Program-made: the position numbers and the translations under genes
Notes under the pieces: model-generated
The model's database searches: none
Told to the model about the DNA's origin: nothing
Seen by the model: only the letters and a program-made list of their open reading frames with translations
Source of the DNA: an uncultured virus (IMG/VR IMGVR_UViG_3300038656_000077)
Lineage: Duplodnaviria > Heunggongvirae > Uroviricota > Caudoviricetes
Length of the DNA: 64,000 nt
Virus record (IMG/VR): IMGVR_UViG_3300038656_000077
Direction: 5' to 3' (one strand)
Shown: piece after piece, positions 26,078 through 36,330 of the stretch
Numbering within the stretch: position 1 is the first letter of the stretch
Layout: each line of letters opens with the position of its first letter

Positions 26078-27163
26078 TTATTTTAGATATTTTTCTACTA
26101 TATTATTAGGCTTTTCTTTGCTATCTGCCTTTTTAAGGCCTCCTTTTTTAAGTTGGGGTAATTCTAATACTTCTGTTGCTCCTTTGAAATGGTATTCTCC
26201 TCCTGGTTGCATTAGTATTTCTTCTCCTGTGTTTGCTATACCTAGTATTGGGTATTCAACGCCCTTCATAGTAATATTTCCATCTTTTGTAGGTACACGT
26301 ACAGGATTTTTACCTACTGCAAAAACTCCATTTGGGTTTGTTGGTATTTGTCCTCCTTCTTCAAACTTTTGTTGAGCAGGTTGAGGTAATACTGTTCTTT
26401 CGTATTCTGGGGCATTAAAGTCTAAACCTCCTCTTGAAATATAGTCAGTAATAACATCCCTTTCCTGTTGTTTTTTCTCTAAAGCTAACTTCCAAGCGGG
26501 TACTTCGTCTACTTCATCGTCCTCTTCTTCTGAACTAGAAGGCTTCGCAAATATACTACTTTCTTGGGTTTCTGCAAAATTTGTTAAATTTTTCTCATCT
26601 GTATTTTCAGGAGGATTTTCTGGACCCATACTTTGCTCTTCTTGAGTATACACAAACAGAGATTTTTCTTGTTCAGAAGGTACACCTATCATATTCAGTA
26701 TGGTATCTATTTTTTCTCCGTACTTTGTGTCTGTCGCATACCCTACACCTTGTCCTTTATTTTCGTCATACTTCCATATTTTACTAAGTGCTTCTCTTGC
26801 AGTGCTTGCATCTTTATATTTTTCTCCCCATTTAGAAATTCTGTCTGAAACTGCTTCTTCTAAGTTGTTGTAATCTCTGAACTTTTCTTGGCTGTAGTAA
26901 GCAGAATCATTAACTTGCTCCTGTGTTGTTTTAATAGAACCTTTTTGAGACTTGCTAGCTTTTTGTCCAAAGTAATTGTATTTTCCCGAAGGTTTTTTAA
27001 ACCAATCGGTTTCTAGTGCTGCTTGTGCCACTGTTAACTCTGGAAAAGCATCTCCTTTCAGTTTTGCTATTTTGTACAACTCTTTAGCTTTTGCCCATTG
27101 ATCTTCTCCAACACCTTTAGGTCTTTTTAACGGGATTTCTTTAACTTTTTCTTTAGTAACCAT
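26078..27163 (-). CDS. Virion-associated glucosaminidase/muramidase (GH73-like)
   Basis: AQAALETDW, YNYFGQKA, F.DY..LEEAV and GYATD..Y motifs; C-terminal FEEGG/KKGG motifs. Confidence 0.85.
   Translation of the reverse strand: MVTKEKVKEIPLKRPKGVGEDQWAKAKELYKIAKLKGDAFPELTVAQAALETDWFKKPSGKYNYFGQKASKSQKGSIKTTQEQVNDSAYYSQEKFRDYNNLEEAVSDRISKWGEKYKDASTAREALSKIWKYDENKGQGVGYATDTKYGEKIDTILNMIGVPSEQEKSLFVYTQEEQSMGPENPPENTDEKNLTNFAETQESSIFAKPSSSEEEDDEVDEVPAWKLALEKKQQERDVITDYISRGGLDFNAPEYERTVLPQPAQQKFEEGGQIPTNPNGVFAVGKNPVRVPTKDGNITMKGVEYPILGIANTGEEILMQPGGEYHFKGATEVLELPQLKKGGLKKADSKEKPNNIVEKYLK
26547..26598 (-). repeat. 52-bp direct repeat (copy 1); promoter consensus inside coding sequence
   Basis: TTAACAAATTTTG-N19-TATATTTG within the GH73 gene linker. 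Confidence 0.8.
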
Positions 27164-30100
27164 TACTTGTTATAAAGGTTTGAATTAAACTTCGCTAGTT
27201 TAAATATTTTTTTATGTTCTGTTTCGTCTGTGGATAGGTTGACTAAGAAAGAGTCCCCTCGAAGCCTCTCTAAAACTTTTTTGCCTGTAAAAGCTATTAC
27301 TTCTTCATTAATCTCTTTGTCTACCCCATTTTCATCTGCAACAAATAAAGGTATTCCTGAAAATTCGTCTGCAACTCTGTTATAAAAGTAATTGAATCTC
27401 ATTATACCATCTTGTTGAGTTTGTAGTATTTCTTGGAAACCTTCTCCATTTATAGGGTATTTACTTAAATCTCTTAAAGTTCTTTGCAGGTTTAATTTAA
27501 GTTTTCCTGAGAGATTGCTGTTGTTAAACACATACGTATCCTCAAATCCTAGTTCTTTGTTCTGTATGAAGTCTCTTTCGTTTTGATACTTTCTACTATC
27601 TAGTTGGTAAGAAATGCTCTCTAATGCTCTCTTATTGCCTTTATTTTGTACAGGTATCTCTATCTCCCACTTGTAATCTTTTCCGTAAAAATTTTGATAA
27701 GATTTGTTGGTGAGCAAATGTGACCACAAACCATTTTCGCTATTATTTGAATTCACCCCTGTTTGAAAATAGTTGTTGTATTCAATGTAATAGTTAGGCT
27801 TGAAGTCAAAAAATGATGTCCACTTTTTAGTCTTTAAAGAAAAGGATATTGTCCAAGATACATCTTTGAATTCAGAAAAATCTTTTCTTGGTAACGGTAC
27901 TTGCACATTTTCAACAGATGTTTCAGATTGCTGTAGCAGTCTTGTCACATTAGAAGAGAATTGTTCTATATTTATAATACTTTCGCCCAAATCATTTAGG
28001 TCAGTTTGTACTGTCCACCCATAACTTTCTAAACCTTCTACATTATAAGGATTGTCTGTTGTTAATTGGTCTAAAAGTGTTTGCCATTCTTGGTCTGTAA
28101 AAGCACTGTTTCTTTTTATAGAATTTACCTGCTCTTGCGTAGCGTTTCTCCCAAAATAAGCGAACAATGTCTGTTCTAAAAGAGTTTTGCCTGGATTTGA
28201 CTGCGGTTCTGAAACTATTATAGGATAAGCGATAGACTTAAAAGAACTAAATTGTTCTATATAGTCAATGAATGCACTATAGTCTTCTAAATAGTTGGGT
28301 ATTTGACCTTCCGATGCATATCTTGAAGGATCCGTAAAAATTGCACCATGATAAGAAGAATAAGCTTCATTACAAAAAGTTATTAATATTACATCTTCTA
28401 CTTGTTTGTTAGACTCCCCAAAATAGTCATCTACCAAATCTATGTAAGATAACCACCTCTCATTACTAGTGTCTACTTCATGTAACACTATTTCCTCCTC
28501 ATTTGAATCTAAATTAGAGTTAAAGGTAGAAACGAATTGATTTAAAGTTTGACTTATTTCATTTCTGTCATTAGCTGAAAAACTTCCAGACGAATCTTGA
28601 ACTGCTATAATTGTAGTCCCTGGTGCTATTGCTTCTACAGTCCTGCTAAAATTTAATTTGCAATTTTCTTGCCCTACGAAAGTAAACCCTTGGTCTTCGT
28701 AAGTGTTTATTATGGATTGTACTTCAGAGTTATCAAAAATAGCCCCGTTAGAATTTACGCATAGATCTTCAGTAGACTCTGGCAAGTAGTCTTTTTTAGT
28801 TATAAATACTCTTTTGTATCTACTGTCGTACCCCATAGCGATACCTACTCCATTGAAAGGATTGTCTATATCTATTTCAGGTATTTCATTTTTTATCTTA
28901 AATGGTAGGTTTTCTTTAAACCAGTTTTCCATTCCTGTAGGTTCTTCGTTGGTACTAGATGATATTTCTTCTATCCCTTTCCCTCCTGGTGGTATTTGAA
29001 ATACGTGGCCTCTTTCGGCATCTAGGAAGAAATGGCCATACTCACAACTTAATATAGGGTAATGTTGGGAGCCCGCATAACCTAAACTTGTTTCTGTAAA
29101 AACTCTAGGTCTACGTGCGAATATCCCTCCTAGACCTGTTTCTCTTGTTTGAGGGTTCTGACCATCATCCACTAACTGATCTACAGCATTAAATATAGCT
29201 GTGGTATTATCAAATATAGTTAAGACTTGTTCAGACTCTATGCCTTTTATAGCATTTAGTTTGCCATACTTTGTGGGGAACTCATATTTATCGTTTGGTC
29301 TAAATATCAACCAAGGATCAATAAAGTTATTTTCAGAGTTATCTGGTAAACTATAGATTATTCCATTAGGTGCATCTGTTCTCGCATCATAATCTTTCTG
29401 ATTATAAATATCGGGTAAAGTTAATACACCTGTAGGTAGAGTTTGTAGAGAGTATTCGTTGTTGTAGAAAAAGCTATTACCTCTTCTTATTGGGTTTTCT
29501 TTCTGTTGAGTCCAACGCATATAATCAGACTCGTTAGGGTAAAAATTGTTCCAAGGCTCAGGTTTAGCATACCTATAATTTGTGTTTATGGTACTCTCGG
29601 TTAAAAAACTAGGTATGCCATTGTTATACAAATAAAACTTAGAAGGCTCTTTTATATATGAGCTTCTATTATCTAGGCAGTCTAAAGAGTACTCACTGTT
29701 TTTAAAAGGTAATGTTGTTCCACCCTCTCTTTCTTCTGAATCAGTTTGAAAATTAACAAAGAATCTTGGTTCCTCCCCTATATTTGTGTAAAACTTATAT
29801 TCATAAGGTGTCATGTCTGCTTGGTCAAAAGCAGTTGATAAAAAGAAAGGAAAAGGTCTTCTTAATGTGTGTCTGCAAATAAATGTGTCTCCTCCAAAAA
29901 ATAAGTTATTTTTGTTTAGCATTCCTCTTTGATTTACAGGTATCCATTTTACACTACCTATAGTACCATACTGCGAAGGTAAAAAGTTTTTGAGAGACAC
30001 ATACATTGAAGATGTGTTTCTTTCTATATCTTTAGACAAGCCGTTACTACAAGCACTTGCTTGAGACGAAAAAGTTTTGGAACTCTTGTTTGGGTTAAAT

Positions 30101-33100
30101 GAAGCATTATCGTTTCTTGTATATTTTAGAGGGTACATTAAGTCAAAATCAGATCCCGTAGATAAAAGTACTGTTTTTTCTCTATCTACGTGGTTAAGTT
30201 CTATTCTCTCTCCTGCTATATTGTCTGTAAATATGCTTCTTCCAGAGCTTATGTTATCTCTTATATTTAAGAACCTTAAACTGTCTCCTTCTTCTTGTAA
30301 TGTCTGCATTCTGTTAAGCTTCCCTACAGTCGTGTAGTAAGCTGCAAAGTTTCTTCTTTTTCCTAAGTTTCTAAATATTTCTAACCACTCGTACTTATAT
30401 CTTGCATACTTGAATACAGCGGCTGTTATTGTGTTGAATGCTGCAATAATGGGTGTTGCTACAAAAGATCCATGAAAAACTGTTGTTTGTGCTACCCCTA
30501 CATCTAACTTAAGGTTTGCAAAGGCCTCCATAGACTGTATGGCCGCCTCAGCTACTACTTCTATCGTAGCCAATGTAGATGCTGTGTTTTGAAGCCTTCT
30601 GCCTAATATAGTCCACTTGGGATGATCCTCCACCAAATCAATATTGCCTGTTGTTGACCCAAAAGAATAGCCCTCCACCTTCATTATAGGAGGGATACTT
30701 ATTTGGTTGTAATCGGTTTCTGGCGAGGTGAATGTCCATTTTGTGTTACCTTCGCTTTCATAAGGATGCGGAATAAAACTAGTTCTACTAGAATCTTTAT
30801 AATGCAGAGTGTCATCCCCAAGACTATTCAGAGGATAATTGGCATAACTTATTTTACGACTATTTTTTTCATAGTCATATAAGTCAAAAGTTATTCCTTT
30901 TGCTATTACTGATTTTTCTGATGCTCTGTCACCTCTTAATAGTTCAAATCCTTGTATAGACTTTCTTTGTGTTGATGTTAACAGTCCGTTCTTAACTGCT
31001 ATGTCTAAAAAACTAGATACTATTCTACCATCTAATTTGACACCTAAAGGGAATATAAATGAATTAGAATAATTAGGTAACGTTATATCGTAAGTATAGT
31101 TGGAAGCTTTGTTGTCAGGAAACTTAAAGTGTCTTATATTTTTACACCTGAAATCTAAATCTTCAGATAATTTATAGTTCCCGTTTTCTATCCCTTCCGT
31201 GAAGTTGTTTTCAAAAAATTCTTTAAAAGTTACAAGGTTAGACCCTTGTTCATAGAATACGTTATCAGGAATATCGTCAGGGCTTATTTTTAAATCAGAA
31301 GAGTCATACAACTCTGCATTATCAGGATAAGTCTCGGTTGACTCTGTGTACGCCATTTTTCCAAAAGCATAAGGAATAGCTTTGCAATCATCATTTATAA
31401 CAGGCTCTTGATAAACACATTCTGTTTCATACTCTTGTACTTTACTTACTTTTAAATTCGTATAGTCTATGTCTACACTTTTATTTATTTCTCCAAAAGT
31501 TGCAACATTAAAACAGCCCGATGATCTAAAGTTCAACCATCTAGGCAAGGAATAAACTGTAGAGCCATCTACTTCTTCTGGTATTTTGAATTGGTCAACA
31601 TTATCCTCAATGGCGCCCGCTGCGCTCATTGGCTGGTAAGGGGTGTCTATACTCATATAATAAGTAGACCTCAATTTACCTCCACTTGCACTAGAGTTCC
31701 AGTTACTGCCATCATTTTCCTCCACAACTGTTTGTTCGAAACCTAGGTCATCTCTATACCTGATTTGTATTTTCATCTCTTCTCGGAGACTTTTCACCGT
31801 GGTAAATATGGGTTCGGCACTGTCGGCTATAGAATCATATATATTTATTCTGTATTCTTTGGTCTCTAACACACCTATATCTGGTACAGAATCCCTGCTT
31901 ATAAAAACAGTAAAGTAATCCCCTACTTCTCGGGCATTGAGCTCAAACCATCTAGCATTTTTATATAAAAAATTGTCGTAGGTGAAGTCAGGATTCCATT
32001 CAGATCTTAATTTTCCATCTATTTTATCTTTACCTGTAGCTGGCGTAGCATCTTTTGTTGTTAACAAATCCGCTTCTTCTAATGCAAAGAAATAGTTTAC
32101 AAAGTAAGAGTTTTCTTCTGTCCTTAAATCTTGAGAAGGTGTAATAACATTAGACAATGATGGGTCTGTTTCATATGGGAACTCCGAAGATAAAGCATCA
32201 TCGCAATTTCTATCTCCAAAACCCCCCGCTAGAATTCTCATGTCACGACAGTAGACATCTCTACTTCCCCCATAATAACCAGGATTTTGAGTGTCAGCTA
32301 TATCAGCTTGACAAAATGAAGGGAATTTTAATGTTGGGTAGTCCAAAGGAAAAACAGCAGGGATAAATTTTATGTTCTCAGAACCCACTTCTGAAAATTC
32401 TATAAACTCATCAAGCAAGGTTATATTCTCAGAACAAAAGTTTTCACCTTCATCATTGAATTGAGGCGTACAGTTTATAGTAGAGTATCTTGATACATTA
32501 AAAAGATCTTGTATGACTTTTAGTTGTTCTGATAAATTTTCTCTATCAGCATTTAGTATATCATCTATATTTTCTTTAAGGTATGTTTCTAAGTCTACAA
32601 ATATATCCCCTTCTTCTAAATCAACAGATATAGTACCGCTAGGTAAAAAACTAATATCAGGTGTTGTACAAGCTTGTCTTTCTGTTACATTTACATCTAC
32701 ATATTCAATATCTTCTACTTCTTCAAATCTTCCTAATTCTTCTGCAGTATTATATAATTGCCATCTTGTATCCAACTTAGAGGATGAACAAGTAGACCCA
32801 GATTTATTTATAGAGTCACTGTCTTTATTATCTATTTTTTGTAAATCGAAATCCCCTGCTCTTCTTCCAATCATAGGAAAAGTAGGAGAGTACTCACCGT
32901 CTTCAATAAATCTTAATGCCAAGGGATAATTTTCGTCTCTTGTAAATTGTCTGAACTTAGCGGCATTTACACCATCTTTATATAAATTTTCAGTTGCTAT
33001 GTGACTTTGCCATTGAACAAATGCTCCAATTAAATTAACAACTTTTTGTAAGTTTGCTCTTTTTTTATAAGTTATACCTTTACCTAAAAGATAGTTGTTA

Positions 33101-34113
33101 GCTGTTTCTATCTTCTCTAATTTCTCTACTCTAACCGCAAATTGGACTAGTCTGTCTAAACTAGTTCTATTTTTATTTTGGTCGGTTGTGTATAGCACTG
33201 TGTTGTCTGATGTTGAGTGTATCCCTTCTTCTATATAAGAAGTTGCTTTACTTATATCAGCATTTTGTATTACTACAACTTTATAGTGTGTAAACCTTTT
33301 GTCTAAGTTTGATACTTTTATTTTTAGTGCATAATTAGTTTCATCCGATATTTCATTTGACTCTAATATTTTATTTTGATTGTCGAATATAGATACAGGT
33401 TCTGATACAGTAAAATATCTAGACTGTTCATTTCCTGCCTCATCACAATAAGCTAAAGTTGCTTGGTACACTCCTCTTTTTAAATTTCCACCTAAAACTA
33501 TTTCGGTAGGTTCTAAGATAGGTACGACGGACTCTTTAAATATTTTTATTTTTTCACAGTCAACACAAGTTTCGTCCGTTAAATCTTCTCCACAAAGTGC
33601 TTCCCCTTTTCTTTTGTACTGATCTAAATCGTCTACTTCTATAAATCTGGGCTCGTTAAAATTATCAGTCCAATACAATATTTTTCCAAACTTCTCATCT
33701 TTAAAAACACTTGTTTTTATAGGATACTCTATATTAAAATTTAAACACTGATTACAGTCGTCCTTTAAAAGTGTAATATAACTTTGAATCCCCCCACCTA
33801 TATTAGAATCTAATTTTGTGGTATTAAAAATTTTACCTATTTCCGATACACCGCTGCTAGGATTTTTCAAGAAAAAGTAAGTTATATTATCATTTATAAC
33901 TGTATTTTTTCCTATTACCTTAAATCCCTCTTTGAATTTAGAGGCTAGAATGTTTGAGTGTTCATTTTGTAGGTTATAACCTTCTCCACCTTCTTCCCAA
34001 AAGTTAGAATTTTTAGCATGTCTGTATTCGTTTTCTTGCAAATTTGAAATATGGGAATCTTTGTTCATCCCCAATTTTGCTATAGAAATCGAATTATCTT
34101 TTTGTGTAGGCAT
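27163..34113 (-). CDS. Tail stabilisation/muzzle-like protein (2316 aa) with an inserted vWA domain
   Basis: crAss-type motifs GMNKD, LYWTDNFNEPR, FFGGDTFI, WTISFS...W.SF.DF.P; DSSGS MIDAS-like insert; position after the ring genes. Confidence 0.8.
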   Translation of the reverse strand: MPTQKDNSISIAKLGMNKDSHISNLQENEYRHAKNSNFWEEGGEGYNLQNEHSNILASKFKEGFKVIGKNTVINDNITYFFLKNPSSGVSEIGKIFNTTKLDSNIGGGIQSYITLLKDDCNQCLNFNIEYPIKTSVFKDEKFGKILYWTDNFNEPRFIEVDDLDQYKRKGEALCGEDLTDETCVDCEKIKIFKESVVPILEPTEIVLGGNLKRGVYQATLAYCDEAGNEQSRYFTVSEPVSIFDNQNKILESNEISDETNYALKIKVSNLDKRFTHYKVVVIQNADISKATSYIEEGIHSTSDNTVLYTTDQNKNRTSLDRLVQFAVRVEKLEKIETANNYLLGKGITYKKRANLQKVVNLIGAFVQWQSHIATENLYKDGVNAAKFRQFTRDENYPLALRFIEDGEYSPTFPMIGRRAGDFDLQKIDNKDSDSINKSGSTCSSSKLDTRWQLYNTAEELGRFEEVEDIEYVDVNVTERQACTTPDISFLPSGTISVDLEEGDIFVDLETYLKENIDDILNADRENLSEQLKVIQDLFNVSRYSTINCTPQFNDEGENFCSENITLLDEFIEFSEVGSENIKFIPAVFPLDYPTLKFPSFCQADIADTQNPGYYGGSRDVYCRDMRILAGGFGDRNCDDALSSEFPYETDPSLSNVITPSQDLRTEENSYFVNYFFALEEADLLTTKDATPATGKDKIDGKLRSEWNPDFTYDNFLYKNARWFELNAREVGDYFTVFISRDSVPDIGVLETKEYRINIYDSIADSAEPIFTTVKSLREEMKIQIRYRDDLGFEQTVVEENDGSNWNSSASGGKLRSTYYMSIDTPYQPMSAAGAIEDNVDQFKIPEEVDGSTVYSLPRWLNFRSSGCFNVATFGEINKSVDIDYTNLKVSKVQEYETECVYQEPVINDDCKAIPYAFGKMAYTESTETYPDNAELYDSSDLKISPDDIPDNVFYEQGSNLVTFKEFFENNFTEGIENGNYKLSEDLDFRCKNIRHFKFPDNKASNYTYDITLPNYSNSFIFPLGVKLDGRIVSSFLDIAVKNGLLTSTQRKSIQGFELLRGDRASEKSVIAKGITFDLYDYEKNSRKISYANYPLNSLGDDTLHYKDSSRTSFIPHPYESEGNTKWTFTSPETDYNQISIPPIMKVEGYSFGSTTGNIDLVEDHPKWTILGRRLQNTASTLATIEVVAEAAIQSMEAFANLKLDVGVAQTTVFHGSFVATPIIAAFNTITAAVFKYARYKYEWLEIFRNLGKRRNFAAYYTTVGKLNRMQTLQEEGDSLRFLNIRDNISSGRSIFTDNIAGERIELNHVDREKTVLLSTGSDFDLMYPLKYTRNDNASFNPNKSSKTFSSQASACSNGLSKDIERNTSSMYVSLKNFLPSQYGTIGSVKWIPVNQRGMLNKNNLFFGGDTFICRHTLRRPFPFFLSTAFDQADMTPYEYKFYTNIGEEPRFFVNFQTDSEEREGGTTLPFKNSEYSLDCLDNRSSYIKEPSKFYLYNNGIPSFLTESTINTNYRYAKPEPWNNFYPNESDYMRWTQQKENPIRRGNSFFYNNEYSLQTLPTGVLTLPDIYNQKDYDARTDAPNGIIYSLPDNSENNFIDPWLIFRPNDKYEFPTKYGKLNAIKGIESEQVLTIFDNTTAIFNAVDQLVDDGQNPQTRETGLGGIFARRPRVFTETSLGYAGSQHYPILSCEYGHFFLDAERGHVFQIPPGGKGIEEISSSTNEEPTGMENWFKENLPFKIKNEIPEIDIDNPFNGVGIAMGYDSRYKRVFITKKDYLPESTEDLCVNSNGAIFDNSEVQSIINTYEDQGFTFVGQENCKLNFSRTVEAIAPGTTIIAVQDSSGSFSANDRNEISQTLNQFVSTFNSNLDSNEEEIVLHEVDTSNERWLSYIDLVDDYFGESNKQVEDVILITFCNEAYSSYHGAIFTDPSRYASEGQIPNYLEDYSAFIDYIEQFSSFKSIAYPIIVSEPQSNPGKTLLEQTLFAYFGRNATQEQVNSIKRNSAFTDQEWQTLLDQLTTDNPYNVEGLESYGWTVQTDLNDLGESIINIEQFSSNVTRLLQQSETSVENVQVPLPRKDFSEFKDVSWTISFSLKTKKWTSFFDFKPNYYIEYNNYFQTGVNSNNSENGLWSHLLTNKSYQNFYGKDYKWEIEIPVQNKGNKRALESISYQLDSRKYQNERDFIQNKELGFEDTYVFNNSNLSGKLKLNLQRTLRDLSKYPINGEGFQEILQTQQDGIMRFNYFYNRVADEFSGIPLFVADENGVDKEINEEVIAFTGKKVLERLRGDSFLVNLSTDETEHKKIFKLAKFNSNLYNK

Positions 34114-34121
34114 CTATCGGT

Positions 34122-34988
34122 CTATTTGTAGTGAGAGTGAGTTAGATTAGGTATTAACCTTTCAAACTTTCTATATCTTTGTCTGTTATTATTTCTTAAA
34201 GTTTTCCAAACAGCGGGGTCTAATATTCCAGCTTTTGCTTCACTCATGGCTAACCCAAAAGCGTCTTCCTCCTCTTGTTTTAAAAACTGTAATTTATTCC
34301 CTAAGTTTGGGTCGTCATTATTTAACCACCACTCTTGTATCAATTTCCTTTTAAGGAACGCTTCTAAATAAAGCCTAAGTCTGTCGTGTTGCGTTTCAGG
34401 TAAAATAATATTACCTTCTTCATCCATCGGCATCGCTCTATAAATAATGTAAATGAACCCTTCTGTAAACTCTGCATGGATTACTCCGTTATTTAAACGT
34501 ATTGTATTACTTTCTTTTTTTTGAACTCTATTAGGAAGATTGATACAATCTTTTTCTACGGCTCTTCTGTTAAAACCTGGGGCAAGTCTTAGTCTTTCAG
34601 GCTTGTTGTAATATATCTGTATTTCTTTTTCTTTATATCTAAATTCTTCCTTTACGTAGTTTGTAGAAGAAGCATTACAATCACAAGAAGTATTCAAAAG
34701 ATAATCTTTTCCTGCAGCTTTTAGTACTCTAGGCTCATCATTTTCTGCACAATAATGTGACAGTTCGTACTTCCAAGACTCTTTCAAAGACCAAAAATCT
34801 TTAGGTAGAAAAGCCTTACCTCTTTTGACTTGTATAATATCGTCTGTATCTGTCATGAGATTACTACCGAACCTTTTTATTTCAGAATGGAGCCAAGTTC
34901 TTAAAGATATATCATCAATTAAACCCGCTTCATCATAAGATTTTAGCGAGTTCTTTACTTCTATATAAATGTTTTCTTCTGTTGTCAA
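34122..34988 (-). CDS. Tail tubular/ring protein
   Basis: Position before the muzzle gene; F.EG.I.I.Y.AMP.DEEG...LP motif of crAss-type ring proteins. Confidence 0.7.
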   Translation of the reverse strand: MTTEENIYIEVKNSLKSYDEAGLIDDISLRTWLHSEIKRFGSNLMTDTDDIIQVKRGKAFLPKDFWSLKESWKYELSHYCAENDEPRVLKAAGKDYLLNTSCDCNASSTNYVKEEFRYKEKEIQIYYNKPERLRLAPGFNRRAVEKDCINLPNRVQKKESNTIRLNNGVIHAEFTEGFIYIIYRAMPMDEEGNIILPETQHDRLRLYLEAFLKRKLIQEWWLNNDDPNLGNKLQFLKQEEEDAFGLAMSEAKAGILDPAVWKTLRNNNRQRYRKFERLIPNLTHSHYK

Positions 34989-34990
34989 GA

Positions 34991-35530
34991 TTATCTTATT
35001 TTAGCGTTACCGTGTCCAAACATAGACTTAATTGCAGTGTAAAAATTTTTAGGTCTAAACCCTTCTTCTATAATCAATCTCCAAAACTCAGCTTTTGTTT
35101 TTTGAGCATAAGATCTGTCCATAATCATTTTGTTGATACAAGATTTTGTAGTAGTATCAGAGTCTAGTATAGGTACGTATCTGTAACCATCTGTATGTTC
35201 TAAGTTGTCATAGTAATATTTACTTATTTTTAAGCCCCTATTCCTGAAAGGAATTATGAGTAAAGAAAAATAACCATATCTTTCTAAAAATACCCCTCCT
35301 TCATGTTTGAACATTAAACTCTTAGTGGCTTTGAAAATAGCGTTTACTATTTTTCTATACTCAGTATGGGTCAGTTGTGTGTCCTTTTTTACATTTGTGG
35401 TCTTTTTAAACCTTTGCCACTCTTTAGAATTACCTGGATTATACTCTTTAAGTAAAGTGTTCTTTTTATCTATATAATCTAGATTTATTTCTTCTATTGA
35501 CAACCTATATTTTCTGCTAGTTTTAAACAC
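34991..35530 (-). CDS. IHF/HU-like protein
   Basis: Basic protein with YRKIVNAIF...GVFLERYGYFSL pattern, located between ring genes as in crAss-like phages. Confidence 0.6.
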   Translation of the reverse strand: MFKTSRKYRLSIEEINLDYIDKKNTLLKEYNPGNSKEWQRFKKTTNVKKDTQLTHTEYRKIVNAIFKATKSLMFKHEGGVFLERYGYFSLLIIPFRNRGLKISKYYYDNLEHTDGYRYVPILDSDTTTKSCINKMIMDRSYAQKTKAEFWRLIIEEGFRPKNFYTAIKSMFGHGNAKIR

Positions 35531-36200
35531 TATTTTCGTTATTATCAGGGTTTTCGTCTACTTGTATTTGCAAATAAGTTTGTAGTAGTTCTTGCAAAGT
35601 CTGTTGAATAACTGTTTCTTTTAGCTTATCGCTTCCAATAAACGGGTAGTCTAAAGAACTTTTACAGGATGTGTCTCCACAGTTACAATCAATATTTTCA
35701 GATGTCTCCGTGTCTAAAGTCAGTAGTTCTACAAAACCTACTTCCATATGAGTGTTAAGTAGATACAAATAACCACCTCTTTCATAAAACATAGGAGGAT
35801 TATTGTTAAACTTCCTTTTTCTGCTTCTATAATAATCTGGTGGGGTTGTTTTTTGAAGTCTTTCTGTTTGGTCTAAGTTTGAAACTATCCTTATAGAATC
35901 ACCAAACCTAGAATAAATAAGTTCTGGAAGTTTTTTATTGCTTTTCATTATAGATTGACAAGTTTTGAACTCCACTATATCGCAAGAAAAAGTATCTATG
36001 TTTTCAAATTCAAAGCAGTTTATAGTTGAATATAGGTTAGATTCTCTATATAAAGACCTGTCTCTTAATTTTTGGGACAACAAGTTTCTAGTTTTTTCTT
36101 CTAGTATTTTTAAAATGAATCTATTAGACATCCATCTGTCTTTGCTCATTTGTCTGAGCTTGCTTTTTATTCTATCTACTACTTCTTTTTTTGTCTGCAT
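35523..36200 (-). CDS. Tail ring/adaptor protein
   Basis: 225 aa; position; KLP.LI...GYLYL pattern. Confidence 0.6.
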   Translation of the reverse strand: MQTKKEVVDRIKSKLRQMSKDRWMSNRFILKILEEKTRNLLSQKLRDRSLYRESNLYSTINCFEFENIDTFSCDIVEFKTCQSIMKSNKKLPELIYSRFGDSIRIVSNLDQTERLQKTTPPDYYRSRKRKFNNNPPMFYERGGYLYLLNTHMEVGFVELLTLDTETSENIDCNCGDTSCKSSLDYPFIGSDKLKETVIQQTLQELLQTYLQIQVDENPDNNENSV

Positions 36201-36216
36201 TGTGATTTGATTATTG

Positions 36217-36256
36217 CAAATATAAGCATTTAAAAACTTTAATCAAAATTTGTTAA
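36217..36256 (-). promoter_or_regulatory. sigma70-type promoter with TTAACAAA extension
   Basis: TTAACAAATTTTG-N19-TATATTTG upstream of the ring gene. Confidence 0.8.
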
Positions 36257-36284
36257 AAAGGAGGTACAGTTTCCCACACCTCCT
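36255..36284 (-). terminator. Intrinsic terminator ending the fibre operon
   Basis: AGGAGGTG...TACCTCCT stem followed by TTTT on the minus strand. Confidence 0.75.
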
Positions 36285-36330
36285 ACCAACAAAAAAGGGT
36301 AAAACCAAAAACCCCTATTTTACAATGACT

